A model generated the notes under the pieces. The model ran no database searches. It was given only the letters and a program-made list of their open reading frames with translations, and was not told the origin of the DNA. A stretch of 62,712 bases of DNA, the filler included, from Asterionella formosa (taxonomy: Eukaryota): assembly GCA_002256025.1 (NCBI GenBank). It is 8 parts of 8 records of this genome, joined end to end, with 100 filler letters (N's around TTAATTAATTAA, not from the genome) between each part and the next. Parts side by side here need not be neighbours in the genome. Positions count along the whole stretch, not along the records: positions 1 to 7,770 come from NKIB01012391.1; positions 7,871 to 15,640 come from NKIB01012392.1; 6 more parts are not named here. One strand, 5' to 3'. Below, one piece after another: positions 1 to 12,911 of this stretch. Position numbers and translations under genes: made by a program. Position 1 is the first letter of the stretch, and every line of letters begins with the position of its first letter.

Positions 1-15
1 AACCATGCCAGGGAT

Positions 16-2298
16 ATGTATCGTATGTACAATCCAGTAACCAGTAAAGTGGTTGAAACAAGAGATATTTATGCTTGGGCAGACATAACGAATGCTACCA
101 ACGATATCAGATTGACTATGAGTGAAATTTATGACCCTGAGTTGATTTTGGAGGAGTCAGAACCTCCAGAAGTGATTGAAGAACCTGATGAGGATAGTCC
201 TCCTATCCAAATAATCCCCACATATGAGGATGAATTGGCAGAATCCACATCAAACCTAGATTTTCCATTGTCTGGAGCAGGGAGGATGTATGAGGAGGAA
301 AAGAAAACTTTTGACGAAAAAGACTCAAGAATTGAGCAAGAAAATGAAGAGGATGATGAAGAAAGGAGTGATGAGTCAAATTCGATGCAGACAGATGACA
401 GTGATGTTGATGACTTGCCAGAAGTTTATACAAGAACAAATTCTCCAGAAATGGAAATGTATGGAGCAGATGATATTACTGTGGAAGCTGGTGAGCAAGC
501 TGAGAGACCACAACACAATTCGACAAGGTTGAAAAATGAAATGAAACGGCTGGGAATTGAAGTGCCAATCATGATTGAAGATGAAGAAATTGGAATAAGA
601 ACACGAAGTAAGACGGATCAAGTGGCATTCAATGCAACACTAGTGTCAGATCCTGGAGAACCTAAGACATTTCGGAAAGCCATGGATGGTAAAAACCGTG
701 ACAAGTGGGAACCATCAGCAAGAGCAGAAATCAATATTTTTTTATCAAGAGATGCATGGCATAAGTTTCCAAGGGAAAATTTGAAGGATCGTAAGCCCAT
801 ACCTGTGAAATGGATATTCAAGGTGAAGGAGGAACAAGATGGTTCAAAAAGGTTCAAGAGCAGGATTGTGCTGAAGGGCTATGTGATGGTCCAGGAGTGG
901 ACTACACGGAGTCTTCTTTGCCGGTCACAACAGATACAATAGTCAGGACAGCAATTGCTATGGCTTTATATCGCCAGAATGAAGAATGGACAATTGAGAT
1001 GATAGACATCGAAGCAGCATTCTTAAATGCAGAACTTGAATCAGATAGGCCAGTGCATGCAGAATGGCCAGAAGGCATGGAGGAACTTGGATTTATCACA
1101 GAAGAAGAAAAGAAGGAGTTTTGCATCAAACTGACAAGAGCCATGTATGGTGGAGTCGATGTCCCAAGACTTTTTATGAAGACACTGTCCAAATACTTAA
1201 CAAAGGAAATGAAGATGACTCAGAGCTTGGTGGATCCATGTTTATATTACTGGAAGAGTAAAGTGGATGAAGTCATTCTGATGGCTGTGGTTCATGTTGA
1301 TGACGTTTTATTGATTGGTAGAAAGACAAAAATTGAAAACTTCAAGTTGGAAATACAGAAGAGGTTTAATATTTCGGATTTGGGAAGATTGAAGAAGCAT
1401 CTTGGCGTTTGGTATGAATGGAAAACTGATAAAAATGGTGAAATCTACATTGTGGGTTGTATGACAAAGTTGGAGGATGAAATTGTTGAGTCATTCGAAA
1501 ATATAATTGGGAAGAATGTTAAGGAGACAGAGACACCAGGATATCCAAACATGTTTCTCAGGAAGAATCAAGGAGAACCAGTAAAAATGTCGGAATATCT
1601 TTCGATGGTTGGAAAAGTAATGTATTTGATGACAAAGTTGGCACCAGATTTGGCAAACCCTGCACGAGAGTTGGCACAACATCTGTCAAACCCAGGCAAG
1701 GAGCACTGGAAAGCACTTGAAAGACTGGTTGGACACATTAAAGCAAGATACTATGATGGGTTGACATATCGGAGCCCAAAGGAGCTGAGGCCTATATCAT
1801 TTGTGGACTCAGACTATGCAAAGAATATTGATAACAGGAAGAGCGTTTTGTCTGGTCTACATACAATCGGTGTTACATTGGTGAACTGGGAGTCAAAGAC
1901 ACAACATGTAGTTACATTGTCAAGGACAGAAGCGGAGTATATCAGTTTTGGCAAAAGGAGCATGTGAGAACAAGTTCATATCCATGCTACTTGAAGAAGT
2001 GATGCAATATCCAAAAGAGGAGAAATTGGTTGGGCGTGTATACAAAGACAATTTAGGAGCTATCTATTTGGTAAAGAACCAACATGTGGGTGCACGGACA
2101 AAACATATTGATGTCAGGGCACATTTCATCCGAGAACTTGAAGATCAAGGATATTTGATGGTACATTTTGTACGATCAGAAGAGAACTCAGCTGACATAG
2201 GAAGCAAGAACTGTCCAGAGAAGTTGCACACAAAGCACGCAGCAAGGATAAGAAATGGGAATCTTGAATGTTGGAGGGAGGATGTTGAGGATAAATGA
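16..2298 (+). pseudogene. Copia pol (RT-RNase H) broken by two frameshifts (~890 and ~1948)
   Basis: Three overlapping ORFs (16-942, 810-1967, 1948-2298) join into one continuous RT/RNase H. Both shifts fall in short homopolymers and could be sequencing errors. Confidence 0.88.
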
Positions 2299-2789
2299 CT
2301 ACCGGTACTGTTAGCACACAGTAGTATATCTAGTACTGCAATGACTGCACAGTCTGCACGACCGACAGTCATGGTGAGGAATTCCATGGAACAAGAAGGT
2401 CAGTTCAAGAAAATATATGTGGGATTCGTAAATGGAATAGCAATTCCTACAGAGCAAGTCCAACATGCGAGATTAAATGATTAGACTGAGACGATTAGAA
2501 TTGCAAATCGTATGAAGTCGACCAATGAGAAAGAGTGGATTGAGGTGAAGAACAAATCCAAGAAAGTAAGATTCGTGAAACAAGATCAATTTGGTCAGAC
2601 TAAGTAATTTGGCAGGATTGATAGAATTTGGTAAGATTGATAGAAAAAGTTATCTGAAGTAATCACAACATTGAAAGAGATTAATCTAAAAGTAGATTAA
2701 AGTGTTGTCGAAAACTAGCTAGTGGAGAACTAGTAGTTCTTGACACTAGACGTGTAAGTACTATCAAGGAGATCTGGAACATCTCAACA
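2283..2789 (+). repeat. 3' LTR of Copia element 1 (507 bp)
   Basis: Starts TGTTGAG right after the polypurine tract and ends CTCAACA, a perfect 7-bp inverted terminus. Confidence 0.8.
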
Positions 2790-3599
2790 AACCAGCACCA
2801 TGTTGATTGGGCTCCATTTGTTCCCTTTGCTTCCCTTCTGTGCCTTGTGTTTTGCAACATGGCATGAGGACCATGTTCATTGTGCCAATCAGAAACCAAA
2901 CTACAAAACATGTGACATCAAACTTTCAGTTGTTTGGATGATACTATTTTTCATTGGTGATGGCAGAATCATCACCATGTGGGCACAGGATTCCGGCCAA
3001 TGTCCTCTTTCACTACATGAACCAACAATACAACATTGAAAGCAAGATGCTATTAACTACACAAACATTGATAACATACATGAACAAGTGCTACCCTTCA
3101 ATGTCCTATGATCCCAATAGAATCACCATTCCAAGTGGCGCAGAGATGGATTTCTATAAAGCCAATTGTAAAGTCAAGATCATCCATTACAAACTATTTT
3201 TCTTTTCTGAGAATGGTTCTCCTGTTCCTTTGTTTCCCAAGAACAGTAATGTCGCTTCTTTTCTTAATAATAGCCTTGCAAAGCGACTATTAGCTAGAGG
3301 GTTCAAGGCAAATTCGAACTGGAGAGGTGATGGATAATATTGAAGTAGGATCAGCCATTCAACAAAACAACAAGCAAAGTGTTGTGATTGTTGGAGAAGG
3401 TGAAGCAATATTCAAAAAATTCTTGTCGAATTTCAAGATGTGGACAGGTCCCAATTGCAAGGGACCCCTACAAATCTAAATTTGAGGGTGCCAGAGTAAT
3501 GATCAGTTCATGTATCACTTGAGAACATAGCTTGATAGCAGAGAAATCAATGACAATATTCTTAAAATGGTCGATGCCAATAGACTTGGAGCAAGTTAT

Positions 3600-3900
3600 G
3601 CAGATGAGGAAGCTGCAATTGATGTACATGGGACTAAAACGAAGAAGCCATTTGCCAAAAAATTCTTCATTCTTGGTCTACTTTGATTATGGAGAAAATT
3701 GGGATGGCTACTGGAATTAAAATCACATGGTGTGTCAATTTGAAGAAACAATTGATTTACTAAAATTGATGCACCCAAACTATAATTTTGTTTATCTATT
3801 TTACTATTCAAGTGGACACAGTAAACATAGACCTGATGGATTGAGTTCAATCAGGATGAAAAAACCTTTGGTGGAAAAAGGTTCCCCATGCAATCTACAA
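3600..3900 (+). pseudogene. Degenerate DDE-type (IS630/Tc1-mariner-like) transposase fragment
   Basis: Reads YFDYGENWDGYWN*NHMVCQFEETIDLLKLMHPNYNFVYLFYYSSGHSKHRPDGL, resembling the GYW...FLFDxSxxH segment of eukaryotic IS630-like transposases; contains stops. Confidence 0.5.
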
Positions 3901-4114
3901 TCATTGAACAAGAAACAGGATTCCTTGGCCAGTGTAGGAAGTTTCTTGTGTACATTTTCGAGGATTGGGAACTAGCAGTCATTGAAATATATAGGCTTCA
4001 CTAAGAAACAAAGCCCACTACTTCAAAATTTAGTATCTCCTGGTGAATTAAATAGGGTGTGGGAACAAATTCTGCAGCTCGAATATGTGGATATCTCTTC
4101 TGCATGTATCATGA

Positions 4115-7100
4115 CTAGACAAGCCATCCTGGGGGCGCATACGATCCACCATGCATGGGTGAACGCACCGTGGACAGTTCCAAAACTCCTTCGCCGAATG
4201 GTGCAGAATTGTTGCGTTGAATCTGATTGAGGGTAGGTAGTGATCCTTGGTCACCCTTGTCGAGCAGTCGCATACAATAGGCCTTGGTTGCATTTCCAAA
4301 ATCAGAAGCATCCAATGAGGACACTAAGTTGCCTGAACCAGGAATGTGCGCTTCCACAGCGGACAACGGAGTGTTGTAGTACATCTCAAAGGCCAAAACG
4401 AACCAGACAATAGTGGAAACAAGAGACACAGACGCGCCTGGTCCGAAGGAACATGTATTGCGTTGGCATACATGACCCTGGAAGAACAAAAATGTCAATC
4501 CTTGGCACGTCCCCGCTAGGCCGCTCACGACAACGGCAAGCAACCATGCAGATCTTGATGCTTGGCCAAGAATCAAATAGACCCACAAGTTTGCCAAAGA
4601 AAAGCTCCCCAATATCATGGCAGAAACCCCACATATACGCGGAATCAAGGGAGCATCATACGTATAAACTGTATCGTAGCTTGTACAGAACGGAAAACCT
4701 TGAAACGACGACTCAAGAGTAGAGTACTTCCACATGCCATAGTGAAGATCAAAGGTGCTTTCTCCTACTGTTACCTCTGCCGAAACAAAATGGCAGGAAG
4801 ACTGAACGAAATAGCTACCTAGGAGGCCAAATGAAAAACCAAGGAGTCCAAAGCACAAAAGTTGAGCGACGCGGACACGCTTTCTTGACATTGTCGTTGA
4901 AAGAATATACGCGTCGTCGTCTTCATTGATGCGACGCATTGGACTTCCGGTTCCTGTAAAATGAACAAAACTTGGGGTTAGCATTGAGGGTTTGGTTTCG
5001 TTTGGGCATTATCGCTGTGCAGTACTCACTTGAATCATATGCAGTATACAATTTTGTGTGAGAATTGGGACTGTCTGAGACATCAGCCATTCGAGACCGC
5101 GTTCTCGCTGCTAACACTTCAGGGACACGCAATCCGCGTCTAGGGGAGACTTCTGGTGAATCAGTCCAACTGTCCAATGTTCTATCAGTCGTTGCAACAG
5201 TCGTACTGTAGTCAGTCGTACACGAATAGCCTGACAGTGTGGTCGAAATTTGAGGTGGCATGTAACCCCTCGTTCGTGATGCCTCATTTGTCCAGCTGAA
5301 GTCATGACTATAGCTTGAATCGAATGCGTCGCTAGACTGTGGTACGGTTGAAAGAGATTTTTGGCTCAGTGGAGACACTGGAGCTTTTCCAACAAAAAAA
5401 TTCTTTGGCTGGCGATCAACACTTTCCAAGGCTGAGGAAGCCACCCCTAACATGGCCGGAACAATATCCCTGTGGATGGACGAAACAGTCATATCGGAAG
5501 CCGGCATCGAGCCCTGATCTCGGTCTTGTTGCGGCTGCTGAGTTTGAAGTATTGGTTCAGCAACGTCGGTTACTATCATGGCCTGATCCCGGGCTTGTTG
5601 CGGCTGCTGAGATTGAAGTGTTGACTTAGCAACGTTGGTCACTATAGTGGCCTGATCGCGGTCTTGTTGTGGCTGCTGATCTTGAAGTATTGGTTCAACA
5701 ACGTCAGTCACTACTTTGAGCATGGGTGACGGGGTGAGTATCCCGGATTCAATCTTCTGTATTCCTTGTGCCTTCATTGCTTCAGACGAATGGACTGGTG
5801 GAAATCCACTAATCGTGGTCAAGGAGGATTCCTTGGATTTGTCCTGTGGAATCTGATTAAGTGTTTGCAACGGCAGGTTTACATCGTCTGATGAAAAGCT
5901 AGGATCGATGAGCCATGGATTCACATTCCGGTCTGTGGACGCCATGGAATCGACGGCTTTTAAAGTAGTCACCAAAAGGGCTGAGTCTGGTCTAGGATTC
6001 GCCTCCCTCGTTGGTTCTTGCTCGCTAGAAAAAGAATGTGCACCTTCCGGTTCAACGGAATAAGCAATTTTCAAATACTCCTCCGCAGATAGTGTTGGGC
6101 GAATCTTGCGTTGAGTATCTTCTGAAGAAGTGAAAGAAACCATGGGCTCCGGTTCTGATTCATATTCCCTATTGGATGGCCGATAAGTGTATTGTTTTGA
6201 TTCGTCGTCGTCGGTGGAAGGCAAAAACGATACAATTGGCTCTGGCTCCGAAATAGACATTGCTAGCCCTGGATTATCGCCGTTGATAGAGGACATATAA
6301 GGGTCTGATTCCGTAATCACAAGTCGTTGAGACGAAATATGCCCTATGGTATCAAAGGATCGCGTTGGCCCAGTCTTGTAAAGTGAAATTGACGATGTCC
6401 CAGCCATGATTGAAGGAGCCGAACTCAAGTCGCCTTCATCAAAGAATAAAGCCAACCCCGGTTTGTCTTCATTGTCGTGTGAAGTAATAGGATTTGACTC
6501 TTCATTCAAAAGTGGTTGTGGTTGAGGCGGCTTCGACTCGGCCGCCGACTCAATTTTGGTAGGAGGTGAAGTTATAGGACTTCTTTCCTTATTATTCATA
6601 AATGGATGACGCGCATTGGAATCTATTTTTTCAGTGGATGAATGTGCACCCGATTGATCTTCATATTGTGGTGATGTCTCCGAGTCTGATACCGTATTCA
6701 TCACTGGTTGCGGGGAATGAATTTCATGGAAATGCACCACGGGCCCCGGCTCATCTTCAGTATGAATTGATTTATCAGGCTCTGGTAGAATAGAAATGAT
6801 TTGTGGAGGCGCTTTCGCCTGTTTTTCGTCATATTCTGACCCTGTTTCGCCTACCATTTGAGGCGGTTCATCAAGATCTGATTCCTGACAAAAAGTCGCA
6901 GGGATAGCTATTGTGGTATCCACCAAGATTTGTTCTGGTCTAAGTTGTTCCCCTGATTCGAGGGGTCCCTTGTCTAATATTCCCTTCTTCTTTTTGACTC
7001 TTCGGACCTTCTTTCCGTCTGCTCTCACGTACACATCGGCTGAGGCAACACTGGAAAAGTCGTCAGTGCTGTCAAAGGACGCGAATCCCGATGAGACACT

Positions 7101-7367
7101 GGATGCCCCGGAAGGGCGACGCTTTACTCGTCGAACCAACTTTCCATCTTTTCGGACGTATAGATCACCTCCCACGGACATCCCATCTTCCCCGCGTACT
7201 TTTAAGGCTGATCTTGGGTCAACTGGAGGCCGTAGGAGTGTTGGAGTCGAGGGCAATACTCTTGGCGTATCATTAACTGCTAGAGAAGGAAGCAACGTTG
7301 CTTCTTTCCTACTAGCGAGGTCTTCCTGTATTTCGTCTTCCAGTGTAGATGCAGTATTGCTGCTCAT
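4115..7367 (-). CDS. ~1058-aa protein: long disordered Ser/Pro/Glu-rich N-terminus plus a C-terminal 4-TM (claudin/LHFPL-like) domain; one intron at 4954-5029
   Basis: ORFs 4923-7472 and 4115-4984 join in frame through a 76-nt intron (GTGAGT donor at 5029, GCTAAC branch site, TTTTACAG acceptor at 4954, phase 1). First ATG at 7367; four hydrophobic segments with a YGMW motif and Cys pairs. Confidence 0.75.
5512..5712 (-). repeat. Coding 63-bp (21-aa) tandem repeat, 3 copies
   Basis: Unit VTDVxEPILQxQQPQQDRDQA repeated three times. Confidence 0.85.
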
Positions 7368-7770
7368 GGTGCAGAGGTGTACAAGCACAAGCGATGGAGC
7401 AGACTCAAACGCCCTAGCTACCGATACATTCAATAAACGATGTACTGGTACTCTATTTCGTTTACTTCGCACAGAAGTCGTTTCTTGGCTGATCTTTGTT
7501 TTTGTCCTTGGATCAGATATTCAACCCCGTATTTGTAACATTAAAATCGCCAGCAGGGTGCCTAGCCGGCCACGTCGTGTTACTGCTCCGAACACCGGTC
7601 AAAGTGGGAGTATCCGGATTTTACGGAGAAATGACAGGTCACAGAGTTCATTTTTTCATATACATCGCCAATTACATTTCGCCGTGAGAAGCCTTTTTTA
7701 GCGGATGAGGCGAGCAGGCGCTGACATGGGCACCAGCAAGTTGCGGTAATTTTGCATTTTATGTCCATAT

Positions 7771-7870
7771 NNNNNNNNNNNNNNNNNNNNNNNNNNNNNN
7801 NNNNNNNNNNNNNNTTAATTAATTAANNNNNNNNNNNNNNNNNNNNNNNNNNNNNNNNNNNNNNNNNNNN
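7771..7870. other. Artificial contig linker N44-TTAATTAATTAA-N44 (also at 15641-15740, 23511-23610, 31375-31474, 39221-39320, 47066-47165, 54893-54992)
   Basis: Identical 100-nt spacer with stops in all six frames; the segments between linkers measure 7770, 7770, 7770, 7764, 7746, 7745, 7727 and 7720 nt. Confidence 0.97.
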
Positions 7871-8148
7871 AAAACAATTTTTTCTATTTCTCATTTGATG
7901 CTACTTATTACATCGAATTTCATACTTTGGTTGCTCCAAACATCATGTTCAATTTTCATTGATGTTGCATGTTACAATCATTCTCGTGTGTTTTACGCTT
8001 GTTGTACCATCTCCATGCATATTACCGTTATTTTGGTTGTCATGCTAAAATCGGCAATTTTATTGCCGAAAAATTCGATGTGCCCCATATTGCCCCTAAA
8101 TAAAAATTACTTAAGAAATTACTTAGAGACTAAAAATTACTTAGAAGT
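7871..8148. repeat. Dispersed repeat, copy 1 (probable transposon end); copy 2 at ~21031-21308
   Basis: Alignable over ~280 bp with 21031-21308. Both end in three AATTACT motifs and similarity stops sharply after CTTAGAAG. Confidence 0.8.
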
Positions 8149-8488
8149 ACCCGAATGGCAAGACGATAGCTGGAGCGGGAATTGCTCGAGGTGTCCTCAT
8201 CAGTCATGCAATGATTTTACACAAGATACATCCTTTATTCTACTACTGTATATGAGTTTATGTAAAGATGGTATCTAATTTATTCACTTTTTATACATAA
8301 ATTCAATTATCCCAAAAGCCCTTTCTTCATCACCATACCGGAATATTACTTAAAATGTGTGTATGATATAATGCATCCTAACACAAATACATATATACAC
8401 ATAGATGACGGACAAAATTTCCGGTATGACTGAATGAATTTTGGACCTTGCATGTAGAATTGAACGACATGAGATGGAAGCGAAACTA

Positions 8489-8867
8489 TGTTGAAAGGTC
8501 TCGTACTCCTTCCCGTCTGACGGGTTCCTCTTACGTAGAACTTACCTGCTATACCACTAGTATTGTTATCTTCTTTCTGCTGCTAGCCTTCGTGCTAGTT
8601 TTCGCTATTGACCTTACTCTGTCAATTCTCACTGTTTCTTAATTATAAGATTAAACTAAAACTAAGTTTCAATCCCATTCATCACACTTTGAGAAACTGT
8701 TCTTCGTGTTCCCTTTTCGTTGATGTAAACCTTCTTCTGATTGATCTAAGACATCAATCTCGTTAGCAAGCTTCTTGACATGGGAACGCACAATTTGACT
8801 CATTGGACTATAGTCGAGTCCACAGTCCTTGTGACTCATTATAGCCATTGATGCTATATTCTTGACA
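8489..8867 (-). repeat. 3' LTR of Copia element 2
   Basis: Direct repeat of 12953-13331 with 4 mismatches seen; adjacent to the PPT. Confidence 0.95.
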
Positions 8868-11800
8868 TCCTCCTCGTTACCATGTTCAAGAAGTTCTAAA
8901 ATTGTACCACTCAGCACAGGTCCAGATAACCTTGTAAAAATCTGCTCTTTGACATTCTTCGTCAAAATGTCTGCTGGATTGTTTTCTGATCTTAGAAAAA
9001 CAATATGCAACTCACCCTCATCTATCATGTTCTTGACATGATGAAACTTAATATCAATGTGTTTTGTTCTTGTTCCAAGTTGTTGATTCTTCGCTGTGAA
9101 TATTGCACCTGTATTATCCTCATGTAAAATGCTTGGTAGGATATTTTTACCACCTGTCACTTCGTTGAGTAACATTGCAATAAATTTAATCTCTTGAGCA
9201 CATTGCGACATTGCAACGTATTCTGCTTCTGTGCTTGATAGCGTAACGGATGACTGGCCCTTTGATTGCCAACTGATCAACGCACCACCAATGGTAACCA
9301 GAAAACCCGTAGTACTTTTTCGGCTTACCTTATTAGCAGCCCAGTCACTATCAACATATGCAATAACCCGTAATTCCTTAGGTTTTTGAATCTTGAGAAC
9401 TCTGTCCAATTTGCTTGATAAGAATCCAACAACTCGTGAAATTCCATCATCCACGTAGTTTGCCAACAGCCCTTCAATTTGTCCATCGTTGTTACGGTAG
9501 ATAAACAACATTGGGTCTATTTCGCTTTTCGTTATACCTGTCTTACTGGTGACGCATTTCGCGAATGTCTTGGACCAGCATCTTGGAGCTTGTACAATTC
9601 CATACATAGCCTTAATTAATTTGCAGATATATATATTCTGATCGATCCCTGTCAATCCTTCTGGGGGCTCAATATAAATGTCTTCGTCGACGTCAGCATT
9701 TAAAAACGCTGCTTCAACGTCAATTGCTTCCGCTATCCAACCATAGTACAAAGTAACAGTCAGAACAGTCTTTATTGTAGCATCACTTGCAACAGGAGCG
9801 AATGTTTCAGTAAAATCAACTCCCGGGATCTGTTCATATCCCTTCACAACCAACCGTGCCTTGTATACTGTCTTTCCGGTTATCACGTCCTCCTTAATAC
9901 GGAAGACCCATCTTGTCTTAAGAGCTCTCTTGTTCACGTCATTTCTCTTAACTATTTTCCACACTCCTCTTGCTTGAAATTTTTCAAATTCTTTCTTTAT
10001 AGCTTTCATCCACTCTTTACGATCAGGTCTTACCATTGCCTCATTATAACTATTTGGTAAACCTGGGTCCAATGCAAGACTTGCATTGAATACGAAATTT
10101 ACTTCAGTTTCCTTATTCGAAGAAGCTTCCTCCTCAATCACATTTGGTAGTGAAGTGTCTGGAGTGAATTTAACATTTTTAGTTGGATTATACGATGAGT
10201 CCAACTTCTTCATTTCTCGTTCCAACTTTGCCTGTTGCTTCAAAACATTTCTCTTTTCTAGGTCAGAAATTTCATCACTCCTTGAGGTAGATTTTCCTTT
10301 TTCAGTGTCTGCGGTTGATTTATCATTGTCGTCGTCATCTTCCTTGTTGTCTGAAACATCTGGTAGTAAATCTTCATTCTAGAAATCATCATCTAATCCA
10401 TCATTATTGACTTCAGCTTCTGGTTGAATTGTTACTTTCTCTTTAGCATTGTCCTTGTAGATTTTTCCTAGTCTGTCCGTAGGTGCGTTTGTTCCATGCC
10501 ACTCACTCCACTTAACATCGCGTGTATTGATTACAGTGTTAGTCTCATGATTATACATACGATACGTATCTTGGGAGTGGTCCTCCGAATAACCCAAAAA
10601 GACACACTTGAAAGAACGTGCGTCTAATTTCTTAATGCCGTGTCTTGCAGTAACCCAGCCTACGCGCCCAAATTGCTTGTATAACTTGTAGGGCCTTCTT
10701 CTTGGATTCATTTCGCCGTAGAACATGTCGTCGGGACTTCTTTTAGTTACTGAATTAACTGTGTTGATTGTTAAACGTGTAGCTGTATGTACCGCCTCTG
10801 CCCATAAGCCCTTGGTACTCCTCATCTGTTAGTTTTGCACTTAGCATCATTGCTAGTGCCCTCTGTCGCACAATGACAAAACCGCGTTCCACTACACCAT
10901 TGTGTTGTGGAGTCTGCGGGGCAGTAAATTCCATTTTTATGCCGCGATTTTCACATACCTTTCTCAATTGTTTAGTATTCTCGCCTGCGTCATCGCAACG
11001 GACATACTTTGTCTTGTGACCGGCTCCGGCTAAACTTGATAGTAAAACTTCAATGACTGTTCCGATATCGCTCTTCTTTTTAATGAAATAGCTCCAGCGC
11101 TTTCTTGTGTAGTCGTCCACTGCCATGACCCAGTACTGATTGCAAACAGCGGATTTCGCGTAGGGTCCGCTGATGTCCACAAACAGTCTCTCTCCAGGTA
11201 CCATCGATTTTTCTTGCGTTGTTTTTGGGACGGCTCGTGCTTTCGCTTTCGCTACCGCACAGCCTGCGCACACTGTCATGATGCCGCTCAACTTCCATCC
11301 AAATAATTTCGCTGTGTCGTGCAAACATTTCTTGCCCACATGACCAAGCATCGCATGTGCTTCATTGATATCGACAATCACATAATTATTTTCAAACTCA
11401 CCATTTTGATTATTCCATTTGTTCTTTCCTTTGTTCGTTTTCTTTGCTTCAACTTTCGTCCAATCGTTTTCGTTGTAGTCGTCGATCGATTGTTGTGTCG
11501 TGTTCTCTTGTAGTTGATCGACTTCCATCACCGTTTGCTTGATGATCGGATTACCTTCGACATGATACATTGCTCCAAGCTTTCGAGTTTTGTCTCTTTT
11601 GCAGGTCAGAAAGCCGCTCTTGTTTCGTATCGTCATCCTATCATCCTCGAAGATCACTTGATTACCCTTGTCGATCATTCTAGAGACACTGATGATGTTC
11701 TGCTTGAACTCCGGTGCATAAAGCACATCGGTGAGTTTCAAGCGTTTTCCTTCGTCCGTAGTCGTCAGGATCACGGTACCAGAGACAGTTGATACTATCT

Positions 11801-12911
11801 CAGTTCCATTCCCTACCACGACCGTTTCACTCACTTGTTTCTTGTCTTCCATCATGCGCACATCCATGCAGATGTGAACGGTAGCACCGCTGTCTAACAA
11901 CCAGCGATTTCTGACGTCACGAGCGAGGTTGACTTCCTCGTTGTAACTAATTTCGATGCACGTGTCGACGAACATTCCTTGCTGGGTAGATGTAGTCGTG
12001 TTGTTCTCTTCGTTTTTATTATTCTTAGATGCACTGTTACTGGTGCACTCACTTGCGTAGTGTCCCATGCGTTGGCACTTGAAACACTTAATCGTCTTCC
12101 TCTTTTCTTTCTGCTCAGGAGTGAGCTCCTTCTTGTCGGCACTATTGCCCTTGCTGCGACATTCAGCCGCCTTGTGGCCATACTTGCCACACTTACGACA
12201 GTCACCTTTGAACTTCCCTTTCGTGTAGAAGGCCTGTTCACTATTGTTCTTGTTAGTCGTTTTGACGTCATCCCGGACATATAGATCGTAGTAGTCCCGG
12301 ATGTCTGTCTTAATCTCTTCGACCGTTAGCGTGTTGCGCGCCAGGCCGAACCTTCCTACTACCAAACTCTTGTAGCATTCTGGTAGGTTGTTGATCATGT
12401 GTGCCACATAGGCACCATCCGAAACGGCGGAGCTCGTATTGCCCAATCGTTCCCGGATTCGATCCAACTCCACATACCAGCTGTCGGGGTTCTCGTTTTC
12501 CCCTAGAGTGCACTTCGTTCATTGGTGGGACAAGGCAATGACATTCGCCATGTTGCCTGACTCATACTTAGAAATGAGCTTGTCCCATGCTTCTTTAGCA
12601 TTGCCGTTAGGAAGCTCGGGACTTCTTGCATTATTTACGTGTCCGAATGGCCCACTCTGGCATGCCATTATCAGACTTGCGTAAGCAACTGTGTTGCTCC
12701 TTCGGATGCGTCTCTCGTCAGCATCCGACAACATGATCGTATCGCCCTTTAGGTCTTTCTCTCCTCTTGGTAGTTCGTCACCGTTAAGTATTCCTTGAAA
12801 GTTCTTGTAGCACGTGTATGCGAGAAGCTTCGCTTTCCACATGTGCCATTTAGCATCTTGCCCATCGAATGTCGGCAACCTTGCTGTCATGTCTTTGTCA
12901 CTTCCCATCAT
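8669..12911 (-). pseudogene. Copia gag-pol with TGA at 12519-12521, a frameshift near 10810, TAG at 10379-10381 and an in-frame RT deletion near 9440
   Basis: ORFs 12519-12935, 10755-12473, 10379-10825 and 8669-10243 are collinear parts of one polyprotein. Confidence 0.92.

Larger units (their letters stand above)
1..2789 (+). mobile_element. Ty1/copia (CoDi-like) LTR retrotransposon, 3' part (end of integrase, RT, RNase H, 3' LTR); 5' part lies beyond the contig edge
   Basis: Copia RT motifs (KWIFKVK, SRIVLKGY, DIEAAFLN, LTRAMYG, HVDD) and RNase H motifs (FVDSD, EAEY, KHIDVR); purine tract TGGAGGGAGGA directly before the LTR. Confidence 0.93.

Noticed and set aside
6913..7701. 262-aa plus-strand ORF
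   Set aside because: Antisense shadow of the real minus-strand gene, with no motifs.
7771..7870. Regularly spaced TTAATTAATTAA palindromes as a biological repeat array
   Set aside because: They are embedded in fixed N runs and are an artificial six-frame-stop linker.
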